From: the human T2T-CHM13v2.0 reference genome, Homo sapiens
DNA: 64,000 nucleotides
Assembly (NCBI RefSeq): GCF_009914755.1
Contig: NC_060928.1
Strand: one strand, 5' to 3'
Shown in pieces: positions 14,515 to 32,024 of the stretch (the stretch's first letter is position 1; every line of letters begins with the position of its first letter). The notes under the pieces were generated by a model that saw nothing but the letters and a program-made list of their open reading frames with translations, ran no database searches and was not told the origin of the DNA. The position numbers and the translations under genes are program-made.

Positions 14515-15030
14515 GAAATTGATCCTGCAAGTGGGGTGCTGCTGTAACCAAACCCTAAAATATGTGTACTGATAGTGAGCAGAAGCCAAGAAGCTTGAGG
14601 AAACTATTGGCGCAAAGTGGAAGGACAGTGAAGGCATTTTATTAGGGACAGTAAAAAAGGCAACCTGTGTTATATGTGGTGGAAAATGTGGCAACACAGT
14701 CACCTGCAACCATAAGGAAAATAGAAGATATATTTATTGAATCTGTGGATTTGGCTAAGAAGATTTCCATGCAGAATATTGAAAACACTAACTGGTTTCT
14801 TTTAGCTGTGTACAAGAATGTGTTCAGAGAGAGATTAGTTAAAAAAAGTGAACTGTTTAGTTATTAAGCAGAATCTAGAGGAAACATTTCCAAGCTAGGA
14901 ATTACCAGATTCAAATACAAAACTGTTTCTAATTCCCAACCACTATCCAGCAAACTATTTTCAAAGAAAGTATTGGGTCCAGGGCAAAGATCAAATATAG
15001 TTTTTTACAGGAAAACACGTTTTTAAGGTC
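14515..15030 (+). mobile_element. MLT1 internal sequence (5' part)
   Basis: gaaattg...aagtggggtgctgctgtaac directly after the LTR, the typical MaLR-int start. Confidence 0.7.
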
Positions 15031-15099
15031 ACAATGCCAATGACACCTTGCACTGCAACTGATTCTCAGGCTTGTAGGAGGCAATCTCTGCTAAGTCTT

Positions 15100-15520
15100 A
15101 TAGGGTCTTAACTACAAGTGCAAAGCGTAGCCCTTGACCAAAGGTCTTTGCTGTATACCAACACAGACTTATTATCCCACCACCCCCACCCTCACAAAGA
15201 TTTCTTTTCTCCAGTTATTTTCTGTAAATCTCAGTCACTTCTGTAGCCCTCAATTCTGATCTATGCCTTTTTAGCCTCACAAGATCACTTTTCAATTTAG
15301 GAGTTTCTTCTCTGCACTATGGTAAGAAAAGCCCTCCCATTCACAATGCCTGGGTGACTATCAGGGTGAGACTTCATATATTCCCCTATCTCAAAAGTCT
15401 CAGATGCTCTACCTATTTTCCAATGTCTTCCAGTTGCTTTAAATATTTTATGCAGTATGTAGTTGTTTACAGTAGGAGGACAGTCTGGTATCATTTATTT
15501 AGTCATGATTGGAGGCATAA
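15100..15520 (-). mobile_element. Ancient L1M 5'-end fragment
   Basis: ccaatgtctt...atattttatgcagt...agttgtttacagtaggagg...agtctggta motif. Confidence 0.5.
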
Positions 15521-16563
15521 GTGTTATAAGCATATATCTATCTGGGCTTATTTTTGTGGGAACATTTTATTTATAATTTGGCTGAGGGAAATTCACTCTC
15601 TCCCCTGAGCAATTTTATACTTGTCTCTGCCAGTGTCCTAGGGGTTTCCACACCCCAGAAATAATTTTCTTATTGAGGATGCAAGTTTCAAAACTTAGAT
15701 GAGTATATAAGGTATTTTTGGTTTGTTTTCTTCTTGCTATACTCAGTGTCCAGGAACAAACAGATAAGTGCACCCTGCCTATGATGATAAACGTCTTTTT
15801 TTCAAAACCATCCCTTCACTATGATGCTGGCTTTCTTGGCTAATGGAGAACTTGTAGCTCCAATATCTCAACTTAAGCAGAATCTATGCCTTTCTTTCAG
15901 TTCTTCTGTGGTTGCTAAAACCCATCTAAGCCCCTAGGGCTGAAATATCTCTCAGTCACCAACCATCTTATTCTTTCCTCAAGGAGCCAGTAATATCATG
16001 TCTCAATATAGTTATAATTTTTTCATTCTCTTGTTTCTGAAACCTGAAGATTTTTTCTCTTTTGTTTCCTTATACATTATCTAAGCATTTAAAAAATTTT
16101 GTTAAATTTTATTCAAAATTTCTGTTGTCTAAGTTATCTTAATCATGTCTCCAGGTGCATCATTTTAATATTTAAATATTTCACAGATCTCTATTGTCTT
16201 AATAGAAAAAACTTTTTATCCCAACCCTTTCCATGTCCCTATGTCAGTAATTCAATCTCACTGTTTAGAGCTCTTTTTAAGAAGAAAATGAGTCTTTTGA
16301 TCTAGAATTTTTCCCATTTAAAAAAATTGTTTCAATTGGACTTCCATGTAAAAAATAATCTTGTATCCCTGCCTGATGTTATACACAAAAATCCATTACA
16401 GATGAATTCTAGATGTAAACATAATAGAAGAATAATGAATATTTTAGTAAAAACATAAGATAACATCTCTATTACTTTGACATCAGCAAATATATCTTAA
16501 ACAGGACACACAGGAAAGTGTTCATTATAAAATAATACAAATTACAAATTAATATTTGACTAT

Positions 16564-16908
16564 TGTATTAGTCTGTTCTCACGCTGCTAATAAAGACATA
16601 CCTCAGACTAGGTTATTTATAAAGGAAGAGGTTTAATGGACTCACAGTTCCACATGGCTGGGGAGGTCTCACAATCATGGTAGAAGTCAAAGGGAAAGCA
16701 AAGGCGCTTGTTACATGGTGGCAGGCAAGAGAGCATGTGGAGGGGAACTGCACATCAGATCTTGTGAGACTTACTACCATGAGAACAGCAGGGGAAAGAC
16801 CCATCCACATTATTCAATTACCTCCCACCAGTCCCTCCCACGACGTGAGAATTATGAGAGCTACAAGTCAAGATAAGATTTAGGTGGGGACGCAGCCAAA
16901 CCATATCA
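16564..16908 (-). mobile_element. THE1B/C solo LTR
   Basis: tgtattagtctgttctcacgctgctaataaagacatacc...cagccaaaccatatca. Confidence 0.92.
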
Positions 16909-17228
16909 ACCAGGTTAAAATAAGATATTCTGTTCATCAAAGGAAAATGAGAAAGCATGAAACAACAACCCACAGAGTAGCAGACGCTCTCAATTCATGC
17001 ATATGACAAAGAATTTGTATTTGATATATACATATATTTGTAAAAACATAAAATATAAAAAGCTTATAGAAAATTGGCTAGTGACTTGAATAGATACTTC
17101 GAGAAAAAAGATATCCAAATATATAGTAAATATATGAAAGGTGTTTAAATTATTCCACCAGTTGATGAGGATATGGAAGGAAGTTTCATACACTACTGGT
17201 GGGAATGTGAACTGATACAACTTCTTTG

Positions 17229-17590
17229 GGAAATAAGAGATTTTGTTGGTGTGATTAAATTAAGGGTCACAAGATGGGGTACTTATCCTGTATAATCTGA
17301 GCGAGCCTGGTGTAATTTCAAGGGCCTTTGTAAGCAGGAGGCAGGAGGAACAGTTAGTGAGGAGATGAGCAGTTGAAAGCAGAGATCAGAATGCTTTGAG
17401 TAAGAAGTCATGAGCCAAAGAATGCAGGTGGCCTCTGGAAGCTGGAAAAGGCAAGAACTTCAAGGAGAAAGGCAGCCCTGACAACTCATTTTAGATTGCT
17501 GACTTCCAGAACTGTTAAGATATTAAATTTGTATTGTTGAAGCCACTGAATCTGTGGTTATTTGTTATAGGAGCAATAGAAAACAAATAT
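17229..17590 (+). mobile_element. MLT1D-like LTR (5' truncated)
   Basis: gtgattaaattaagg...gagccaaagaatgcaggtggcctctggaagctggaaaaggcaag...ttgttataggagcaatagaaaac. Confidence 0.85.
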
Positions 17591-18939
17591 CCTCTATGAC
17601 CTAACAGTTTCTTTTTTCATAAATGTCCCCAAAATAATGTTGAAAGAAAGAGGTTCGATGTAAAAATGGTAAATACTGTATGATCTAATTTACATAACAT
17701 TTTAAACAAAAACTGTGATTATAGAAAATGTAAATAGTCATTACCCTTAGGGGAAGATTAGAGCCTGTAAGGGAGAAAAAGAGGTGCTGTTAATGTCTGA
17801 TCTTTAGTTTGGGTTATGGTTATATGAAAATGTTCACTTTGTGAAAATCCATCAGTTTAATGTATGTATTTTATACTTCAATAATAGGTTAAAATATAAA
17901 TTTAAAATGTGACCCTGAATGTATATTGATTGATAACAGGGAAAATTAAAATATGTGGGATATTTAAAACATTGTTTTAAATTAAAATGATTTAGAAATT
18001 CACTTTGGATAAGTTAATCGAAAATATTAACTAAGGTCTTTTCGAGGTCTTATTTAAAAGACTGAATTGTTCTCTCAAGGCCCAAGGGCCTAGCCAAAGG
18101 CTAGGACTGTCCCTTAGGGCACTGTTTTCATGCCATGCATATTTAATTAAACAGTTAATTTAAATATACATAGAAAAACATCCCCTCAAGGCTAAAACAA
18201 TGACAATGTTTTTCTTTCTAATTATTTTTCCCTATGTCCCTATTGAGACTACAACCTTAATATAGTACTTTTAGCTATAGTCACTTCTAGTTAGACGTCT
18301 TTCCATTTTTAACAAGTCTTTTGTACTATTGCTTAATAGGCACACTGATGTCATCGGTGCCAGCTGCTCTCTGCTTAGAGAGTAAAAGAATGAGGATGCA
18401 AGGCAGCCATAGTTCAACTTTTAAAAATGAGTTGAAAGTAATGGATAAGGCCCCTGCCTTTCCTCTTTACCTCTACAGAAAGAAAAGGCAGCCCACTGTC
18501 AGGGCACAAGTCTTCATCCGTTGACTTGAATTCCCATTTTATTAATATAAGATTGAAGTACCTAGACAGGCTGATGATATTCATGGACAGCCTCATTCTT
18601 CAATAGGAACATTGATTAAATTGTGGCTTCCTAACTTCGTTCCAGTTCATTAATTCCTTTCTACATTTTAGTTAAACAAAATATATTTTGAGTTGCCTAT
18701 TGTGTATAAAATGCTGTTTTAGGAAACTGAGGGAAGGTAACACAGAATGAAATAAGATACTATTAGGAAATCAGATGCTAATAGGAAAGACAAGTCATGG
18801 TTAATTGTCACAAATGAATTACTATGATATTTCTCCAACTCATTTTGAGGTTTAAGTTTAAGGCAATATCTAAATATTCCAAATATGAGGACTTGAACTA
18901 GGAGTTGAAACACTAAGTATTCAGTACATTCAGAATATA

Positions 18940-19066
18940 TATTTGAAACAGATTGTGGTGATGGTTGCACAGCTCTGTCTATATACTAGAAAAAATTAAA
19001 TTATATTATTTAAATGGGTGAATTTTATGATATGAAAATTACATCTCAATAAAGATGTTTTAAAAA
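18940..19066 (+). mobile_element. L1M 3'-terminal fragment
   Basis: gattgtggtgatggttgcaca...tttaaatgggtgaattttatg...tctcaataaag. Confidence 0.75.
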
Positions 19067-19430
19067 TAGAGTGCTAGAAAAGAGTTTAACTAATTCATGT
19101 ATCTGGGGAGAAGGGAGGTAAAGAACAGAAATGAACTATGTTTCATCTTTCTACATCCCACCTGAAGTGTTTATGAGTGCTCATAATTTCTGGTTGTGTA
19201 CCTATTTGTATATTTGCAAATGGAGGTGATTCAACTCCTTTAATGTGGTATATTTGCTTACTATTAAACATCCTAAACTTTAAATAATCTAAGACTGTTT
19301 TCCTTAACATTTAAATATGATATTTAACACATTTCCTTAGATAACACCTCACCAAACTTTCCATTACTGGTTCCACTTTTTAAAATCCAAATTGATTCTG
19401 CAGAAAGTATTTGCTACTTATATTAACATA

Positions 19431-19653
19431 TGAGTCAAGTGGTTTAAAATGGGGGCTCTCAGGCTAGATTGCTTGGATTGTAATAAAAAACCACCACTTA
19501 AGAACTATGAGCTCTTGAGCAAGTTGCTTAACCTCCCTCCCTATGTCTCAGTTTCTTCATCTGTAAAATGGGAATAATAATGACCCCTACCTCATAAAAT
19601 TGGTGTAAATACCTGGCACATAGTAAGCATTCATCAATGTTAACTGTTATTAT
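19431..19653 (+). mobile_element. MIR, near complete
   Basis: ctcagtttcttcatctgtaaaatgggaataataa...cctggcacatagtaagcattca. Confidence 0.9.
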
Positions 19654-20939
19654 ACCATTTAGGGTCAATAATTTCTAAATAATTTCTAAATATATAATTT
19701 CCACAATTAATTAACTGGGTTAGGAAACTTGTCTTGGAAGGCAAAGCAGCCTTTTAAAAATTCCCAAATGACAAAAGCACTTACACTTCAGCTAAAGACT
19801 CCATTCTTCCCACTATCTCCAAGCAGTTTCTTTCCTTTCGTCTGTTTTGATCATTGTTTGCTTTGTGGTTTTTTTTTCAGAGTGGCAATACATGATCTTC
19901 CACATGCAAGTCAAATAAAGAGTGTAATTATTAATACATGTTTCTTTCCTCCATCATGAGGAAATAATTTATCCTTCAAATATAATCAGCCGGTTTCTCT
20001 TTTAAACGAAGTGTAAACCTGCCACACTAATACTTTGGATCTGGCAAATAGAAAGTTTCTGTAATACTTCCCCTTTCAAGTACATATGGCCATAGGATTA
20101 CAAAAACAGAGTCAATGGAACAGGAAAAAAATAGTAAGATCCATTTAGTTCATCCTCCTACATCCAAGCACCTAAACCATCCCAAAAAGTAAATCTGTTT
20201 TATTCTCAAAATCTCTCAAGGTGAAAATGTAATTTTCCTTGGCAACCTATTCTAATTTCTTATAGTCTGTATAGTAAAGTAGCTTTTTGCTAACGCAAGT
20301 ACAGGAGTGAAATATTCAACAACATTTCTATTTCTGGTTCTTTCTCTGTACGTGATATTTTTCTTCCATATAAGTTGTCTTAATTTTATCACCACTTATA
20401 AGAAATATTCAAATCCATTAGTGCAAGAAGTGTTGATGTGAGTGAGCAAAAGGTCTAAAGGCAAATTGTTCTTTATGCATCTGTTATTTGAGGTATATTG
20501 GGTTTTTCATGATTTCTCTTACCCCTCCCAAAAAACAATCCTTAAATATGTACTCCAATTGCTACAAATTGAACATTTTGAAAATATGATTACATGTTCA
20601 ATTATATATCATAGGTTTAAATGTGACAGGGAGACTATTTTTTACATATAATTCTGCTTTCCACAAGTCATTTAGGTGTTAGGAAGGCAGGCAGAAAATG
20701 AAAACAATGAATTGTATACTAGTCTTTGAACTTCAAAAATGCTAAACTTGTCACAAGCAAAATGAGAACATCAAATGGAAGTATTTTATGCTAAAATGAA
20801 AAAAAACAATTATTAAAATTAATAGAAAGTAAGTAGGGTACAATCAGAAAATATCTTGAATATCTTCTAGGAAATATATGTGATATTTTCTAGGAAATAT
20901 TCTAGGATAGGAAAGGAGGAGGAATATGAAAGTGATAAT

Positions 20940-22960
20940 AATAATTTATTCAACATATGTGAACTGATCACCTACTATGTTCTAGGTACTGGAGATTGAG
21001 CAACGAGCAAAACAGGAAAAGTGCTTTCAAGGGATTTACCTTCCAGGCAAAAAAAGTTGAGAACAACAAAATAATAAACAAAAGTATATAAAATATAATG
21101 TTAGGTACTTGATAAAAACATTGAAGAAAAAATAAGTCAGAGTAAGGGAACAGAGTGGGGAGAGATATCACTTAAGATAGGGTGGTCACAGAATGTTCTT
21201 TGAGGTGCAGTCATTTTAGCAAAGGCATGAACGAAATGAGAGTTAAGCCATGCAAATATCTGCAAGAAAAGTTCTCCATCTCAACAACCCCAAAGAGCAA
21301 AGAGCCTGCAATGTCATCACGTTTAGAATTTTCAAAAACAACAAAAAGATCAAGGTGGCTGGAGTTAAGTCAATAAGGAGAAGAGTAATGGAAAACAATT
21401 CATGAGAGCTATCCAGGGGTTGGATCACAGCAGCCACAACAAAAATTTAGGGTTAAATTCTAAGTGAGATGGAAATCATTGGAAAGTTAAGAGCAAGGGA
21501 GTGGTATGGTATGAGTTTGGTTCTTAAAAATATTACTCCGGTTGCTGTGTGATAAACAGACTTCAGTGAAGTAAGACTTAAAGCAGGGAGATGAGCTAGA
21601 ACCTATTGAGTTAAAAAGATGTAAAAGATGAAAGTAACGTAATAAATGTGTGTAAAAGATGAAAGTCATTTAAACTATGGTCTTCGTGGTGGGGATTAGA
21701 AGTGGTAAGACTTCAGCTCTACTTTGAAGGTACAGTTAGTAGAATTTCTAATGGTTTGCATATGAGATGTAAGAGACAAAAGCACAAGAATGAAGGACGG
21801 TGGCAAGATTTTTGTCCTGAGAAACTGGTGAACTAATGGTAGTGTTCACTAAGTTGGGGTAAACTGGAGGAGGAAGAGATTTGGGAGGAAAAAATGAAGT
21901 GTTTGGCCTTGGATGCATTAAGTGTTAAATTCCTGTGAGATATCCAGTGAAGATTTCAGTACGGAGTTGAAAACTCAAGTCTTAATTTCAGCAGCAAGTT
22001 TGGTTCTGAAAATCAAAATTTAGCCATAATCAGAGTATATATGTTATATAACCTCATGGGGATAGATTTGGTCACCTAGGAAGTTAGTGTAAATAGAGGA
22101 GAAGAGGTATCGACATCTATTTTCAGAATATTTCACATAAACAATATAGTACTACTAACTATAGTCATCATGCTATACATTAGATTCCCAGAACTTATTC
22201 TTCCTATAATTGAAAGTTTGTAAATTTTGACCAACATTTCCACATTTCTCATACCCCCAACCCCTGGCAAACACTGTTCTACTCTCTGCTTTTATAGTTT
22301 GACTTTTATAGATTCCATAAATAAGTGAGATCATACAGTATGTGTCATTCTGTGTCTGGCTTATTTTACTTAACATAATATCCTCCAGGTTCAATCCTAT
22401 CACAAATGGCAGGATTTCTTTCTTTTTTATGGCTGAATAATATTTCATTATAAGAAAATAGGAATTGTATATGACAGTGAATGTGTTAATTGATTTGAAT
22501 GTGGTGAACATTTCACAATGCATATGCATATCAAATAATCACATTGTACATCTTGAATATATATAATTTTTAGTTGTCAATTAAAAATAAAATAAGAGAG
22601 GAGAGGCCTCAGAATTGAGTCCCAAGCCCTGGGGCACTTCAAATTTCAATGTTAGAAAGATGAGGAGGACCCAATAATGGAGACTGAGCTGAAGTAATAT
22701 TGAAATAGAAGAACAAGAGACCTAGAGACCAAGGGAAGAAAGTAATTCAAGAAAAAGAAGTGAACAGTTCTGTCAAACGGTTTCTCAAGATTAACATATG
22801 AACAATTATCCACTGGGTTTCACAATAAGAAAGTCACAGGTCACTTTGACAAGACTGTGACTAGAGTTTTCAGTAGAGGGATGGGGAAGGATGCTTGATT
22901 ACAGTGGGTCCAAGAGTGAATGAGAGATGAGGAAATAGATATTTCAAAGTATTTTCTCAA
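20940..22960 (-). mobile_element. Long L2a fragment, interrupted by L1MA9
   Basis: Antisense L2 3' end (cacctactatgttctaggtactggaga) followed by purine-rich L2 body. Confidence 0.8.
22111..22594 (+). mobile_element. L1MA9/10-like insertion with 5' inversion (22111-22449 on -, 22451-22594 on +)
   Basis: Antisense 3'-UTR piece (gctatacattagattcccagaacttattc) joined to the sense terminal piece and A tail. Confidence 0.8.
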
Positions 22961-24639
22961 CCAAAACAAATGGACCCATTGTGAGAGAGATATAAGCCCC
23001 ACTACCCTACTCTCTCCATGGTAATGATCCAAGAGAGAAAATTGTTGACAAAGAAAAATGAGAAAATAACGACATGAGCAAAATCTCTGAAAAGGCAATA
23101 AAAGACATTAAAAATATATAAGGACATATCAATTACTTAAGATAGAATATATTCTTCGTATAAGTCACCTGTACCTTGGAGTGAGGGAAAAAAAGCATTA
23201 TATTTATTTAAAACTAAACCAATGACAAGTAGAATTTGTTATTTTGCCTTTAATGAGAAAACCTCTAAAAGTATGCATTAAATTTCATTTGAATTATCTT
23301 TTTGTTAATGTCTTAAGGGGAATAAAATAACTGTTATAGTTCTAGAAAATTAATTTCCAAAATGGTTATGTTTCTCCCTCATTGGGTTTTAAAAAATATT
23401 TAATTAAGTGGGATGCCTTGTTACTAAAGATAGCTGCACACAGGTAGAATAATGAAACATGGCCCAGAAATTTACTCCCCATTGAATAATGTAACAGCAT
23501 ATTCAAAAATTAATATTCTGTACTCTCAAGGGTATCTTTCAAATTTCAAAATGAGACTTTCTGATGTTATTGTAATTGGTATGAAAACTAGAGCAAAGTA
23601 GAATCGCTAGTATTATGAAATGAAACATATGTTGAATTATCATAATAGAAGATCAGCTTAGGGCAGGGGGCTGCTTCCTATATGAGAATTTTGTGTAAAT
23701 GTTTTCCCTCTGCCCATGACAAGTCTAAATTTCACTCTCACATATTCTTTCCTCTCCCACTGCAGCAACGGAAAGCATATGGTATTTTTTCTTTTTCTTT
23801 TTATATTTTTATAATCTTCATTTTGTCACATTATAGGCATAACAGCAAGTTTATGCCTAAAAACTTTCTCTTTTCTAGTTAACATGGATTTCTGTGTTGA
23901 AAATCTAGGTAGATGAAGGAACTAATCTGTTTTGTTTTTCAAAGAATACTGGTTACACAAACCATGATCATATCTCTGGGTTCTTTCAAAGAGAATAAAA
24001 GGAACACCAATGTTGTCATGACATTGAATCAATACTTAATGAGGTTGCCTCTGGGAGAAAAGACTGATGTTTTAGGCCTAAAAATGGCTACTTCTTAATC
24101 GTTTGCTGTTGCATTAAGCCTTTTAAACCCAGATTTAAACACTGCATTTGTATTGTCTACAGATGGATTATTATACAATTTAGTATTTTGTTTGATGTTA
24201 GAAAGAAGAGAATAGTTAAGAGTAGAAGGGAAATAAATGGAAATACAGGAAAGAACAGGAAAGAATAGGAGAGCTACAGGTGGCAGAACAATACCAATTT
24301 TGGAAAAAAATGGTTTTAAAATATGGAAAGCTGTTATTAGGATTAGTGATGGCTTAAAATGCATCCCTAGTCAACAGTCTTCAAGTGACACATGAAGCTG
24401 AATTTGCCACTGAGATAGGAAGTAGAAACATTTATTCATCAACATGCTTCCAACATCCAACCAATTCAAATATCCAAAGGCAGCTGTACTCTTTCCTTAG
24501 AAGGACCCTAAGGAATTCCAAAGAAAGCTCTCCATGTTGTTCCTGCAGGTATGACATAAATTAAAATTTATTTTCCTTGCCAGGAACTACCTCCAATCTC
24601 CCACTGTTCCCCAGTGACAGGGATATGTGGTCACATTTG

Positions 24640-24830
24640 ACTGTGCCTCAATAACTTAATAACTCAAAGTAAGTTATCTCCTTTTGCCTAAATTTTCTCA
24701 TCTGTAAGATTCACATAATATCAGCTTCTATCTCAAGGAATAATTACAGAGATTAGATTAATTAGCAATGAAAAGGTGCTTTAAATTGTATCAAGCACAC
24801 ATTAAGAACTCAACAAATAATTGTTATTAG
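24640..24830 (+). mobile_element. MIR fragment
   Basis: ttttctcatctgtaagat...ctcaacaaataattgttatt. Confidence 0.6.
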
Positions 24831-26086
24831 TCCTAAATAATAAAGAACCACCTCTTCCTGTAATCTTTAAGTTCAAAATTGAAACTTTGAATATTAGCTA
24901 TTCTTTATAGAATTTTTTAAAAATATTAGCTTACCCTAATATTTGGGTCAGAATTTAGTACTTTTTTATGACTTAACCATTATACAATTTAAATCACTTA
25001 ATAGAGCAACTAGAGTTGGAATTGTATTTTCTTATTTGTTTCACATTAGGGCAGTTTTCTAGGCTCATCAGAGTGTCAGCATTACATTATAAAGTCCCAG
25101 AAGGCAACCTAAGAAGACAGGAGATTTCTTCATTTCCATCTGAGGTAACGGGTTCATCTCACTAGGGAGTGCCAGACAGTGGGCGCAGGACAGTGGGTGC
25201 AGTGCACCGTGTGTGAGCCGAAGCAAGGCGAGGCATTGCCTCACTCGGGAAGCGCAAGGGGTCAGGGAGTTCCCTTTCCTGGTCAAGGAAAGGGGTGACA
25301 GAGGGCACCTGGAAAATCGGGTCACTCCCCCCCGAATACTGCTCTTTTCCGATGGGCTTAGGAAATGGCACACCAGGAGATTATATCCCGCACATGGCTC
25401 GGAGGGTCCTACACCCATGGAGTCTTGCTGATTGCTAGCTAGCACAGCAGTCTGAGATCAAACTGCAAGGCAGCAGCGAGGCTGGGGGAGGGGTGCATGC
25501 CATTGCCCAGGCTTGCTTAGGTAAACAAAGCAGCTGGGAAGCTTGAACTGGGTGGAGCCCACCACAGCTCAAGGAGGCCTGCCTGCCTCTGTAGGCTCCA
25601 CCTCTGGGGGCAGGGCACAGACAAACAAAAAGATAGGAGTAACCTCTGCAGATTTAAATGTCCCTGTCTGACAGCTTTGAAGAGAGCAGTGGTTCTCCCA
25701 GCACGCAGCTGGAGATCTGAGAACGGGCAGACTGCCTCCTCAAGTGGGTCCCTGACTCCTGACCCCTGAGCAGACTAACTAGGAGGCACCCCCCAGTAGG
25801 GGCAGACTGACACCTCACACGGCCGGGTACTCCTCTGAGACAAAACTTCCAGAGGAACGATCAGACAGCAGCATTCACGGTTCACGAAAATCCGCTGTTC
25901 TGCAGACACCGCTGCTGACACCCAGGCAAACAGGGTCTGGAGTGGACCTCTAGCAAACTCCAACAGAACTGCAGCTGAGGGTACTGTATGTTAGAAGGAA
26001 AACTAACAAACAGAAAGGACATCCACACCAAAAACCCATCTGTACATCACCATCATCAAAGACCAAAAGTAGATAAAACCACAAAG

Positions 26087-27103
26087 ATGGGGAAAAAACA
26101 GAGCAGAAAAACCGGAAACTCTAAAAAGCAGAGCACCTCTCCTCCTCCAAAGGAATGTAGTTCCTCACCAGCAATGGAACAAAGCTGGATGGAGAATGAC
26201 TTTGACGAGTTGAGAGAAGAGGGCTTCAGATGATCAAACTACTCCGAGCTACAGGAGGAAATTCAAACCAAAGGCAAAGAAGTTAAAAACTTTGAAAAAA
26301 ATGTAGACAAATGTATAACTAGAATAACCAATACAGAGAAGTGCTTAAAGGAGCTGATGGAGCTGAAAGCCAAGGCTCGAGAACTACGTGAAGAATGCAG
26401 AAGCCTCAGGAGCCGACGCAATCAACTGGAAGAAAGGGTATCAGCCATGGAAGATGAAATGAATGAAATGAAGTGAGAAGGGAAGTTTAGAGAAAAAAGA
26501 ATAAAAAGAAATGAACAAAGCCTCCAAGAAATATGGGACTATGTGAAAAGACCAAATCTACATCTGATTGGTGTACCTGAAAGTGACAGGGAGAATGGAA
26601 CCAAGTTGGAAAACACTCTGCAGGATATTATCCAGGAGAACTTCTCCAATCTAGCAAGGCAGGCCAACATTCACATTCAGGAAATACAGAGAACGCCACC
26701 AAGATACTCCTCGAGAAGAGCAACTCCAAGACACATAATTGTCAGATTCACCAAAGTTGAAATGAAGGAAAAAATGTTAAGAGCAGCCAGAGAGAAAGGT
26801 TGGGTTACCCACAAAGGGAAGCCCATCAGACTAACAGCGGATCTCTCAGCAGAAACTCTACAAGCCAGAAGAGAGTGGGGGCCAATATTCAACATTCTTA
26901 AAGAAAAGAATTTTCAACCCAGAATTTCATATCCAGCCAAACTAAGCTTCATAAGTGAAGGAGAAATAAAATACTTTACAGACAAGCAAATGCTGAGAGA
27001 TTTTGTCACCACCAGGCCTGCCTTACAAGAGCTCCTGAAGGAAGCAGTAAACATGGAAAGGAACAACTGGTACCAGCCACTGCAAAAACATGCCAAAATG
27101 TAA
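26087..27103 (+). pseudogene. L1 ORF1p, disrupted
   Basis: MGKKQSRKTGNSK...LQKHAKM*; internal TGA at 26231 and 26474. Confidence 0.93.
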
Positions 27104-27166
27104 AGATCATCGAGTCTAGGAAGAAACTGCATCAACTAACGAGCAAAATAACCAGCTAACAACATA

Positions 27167-30987
<3,821 letters not shown>

Positions 30988-32024
30988 ACAATGAGAACAC
31001 ATGGACACACGAAGGGGAACATCATACTCTGGGGACTGTTGTGGGGTGGGGGGAGGGAGGAGGGATAGCATTAGGAGATATACCTAATGCTAAATGATGA
31101 GTTAATGGGTGCAGCACACCAGCATGGCAGATATATACATGTGTAACTAACCTGCACATTGTGCACATGTACCCTAAAACTTAAAGTATAATAATAATAA
31201 TAAAAAAAAGAAGGCGACCTTAGGCCTTTTCTTAGAAATTTTCATGTATATTTATTAAGACCAAACAGTTGGGTTTGAAAAAGGCTTTGGATAATTCTGT
31301 TGCAAAAAATATAGGTGATGTATTCCATATAATGAGAAACTGCTGAAAGCACAAATGGGTCGTTGGCAACCATGCTATCCCCAATAACTTTACTTTACGA
31401 AATGTATTTAGATATACGTTATTGATGCTTATTTGTTCATTTGATTTTCATGTCAAGATGATTACAATTTTCTCTTTAGTCTTGTACTACATTTAAATAG
31501 GGAGAAGAGGTCCTTTGAAATCTATTTATTCTCAGACTAGCATTTCTTTTTACCAAAGTCCCTACCCAACATTTTTTCTTCTTTCATTCCTACATTCGTT
31601 TCATATTTTAAGAGTATGAAAAGAGGTATCCTACAAGTTGACTACATGGATTATTAAATAAATTTTTAGAGAGGAAAATGAAGGTATACACTGTATACCC
31701 TCTCCACATATCACAAAGAGGCGTGAATTTAGGAGCCAATTTGAGGCTAAAAATCCATGAGGAAAGGATAACCATTAACAAATAAATCAATGTCATGTTT
31801 ACACTTACATTATTGATTAAAATCCTAATATATTACAGTGTTATTTCCTATCAGAAGAGATAATGCACTTTAAAATCTTTTCAGTTAGGCTTCATCCTCA
31901 ATCAATATTTACATAGAATACAAATCCTCTAGAAGGTATATTCACCCTAATGAATAGTAATCAATCATGATAGAGATATATTGAGTATGCCAGATAATTA
32001 ATTTGCTAATAATTACTTCATTAT

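Larger units (their letters stand above)
16320..17895 (+). mobile_element. L1ME-type 3' region, interrupted by THE1 and MLT1D
   Basis: A-rich ORF2-end motifs (ggtgggaatgtgaactgatacaac) and 3' end tttatacttcaataa. Confidence 0.6.

Noticed and set aside
22965-23095. Hydrophobic, transmembrane-looking frame on the minus strand
   Set aside because: Explained by T-rich composition; the implied upstream intron would be only about 50 nt.
31040-31063. G-quadruplex motif
   Set aside because: Standard L1PA 3'-UTR G tract, not locus-specific.
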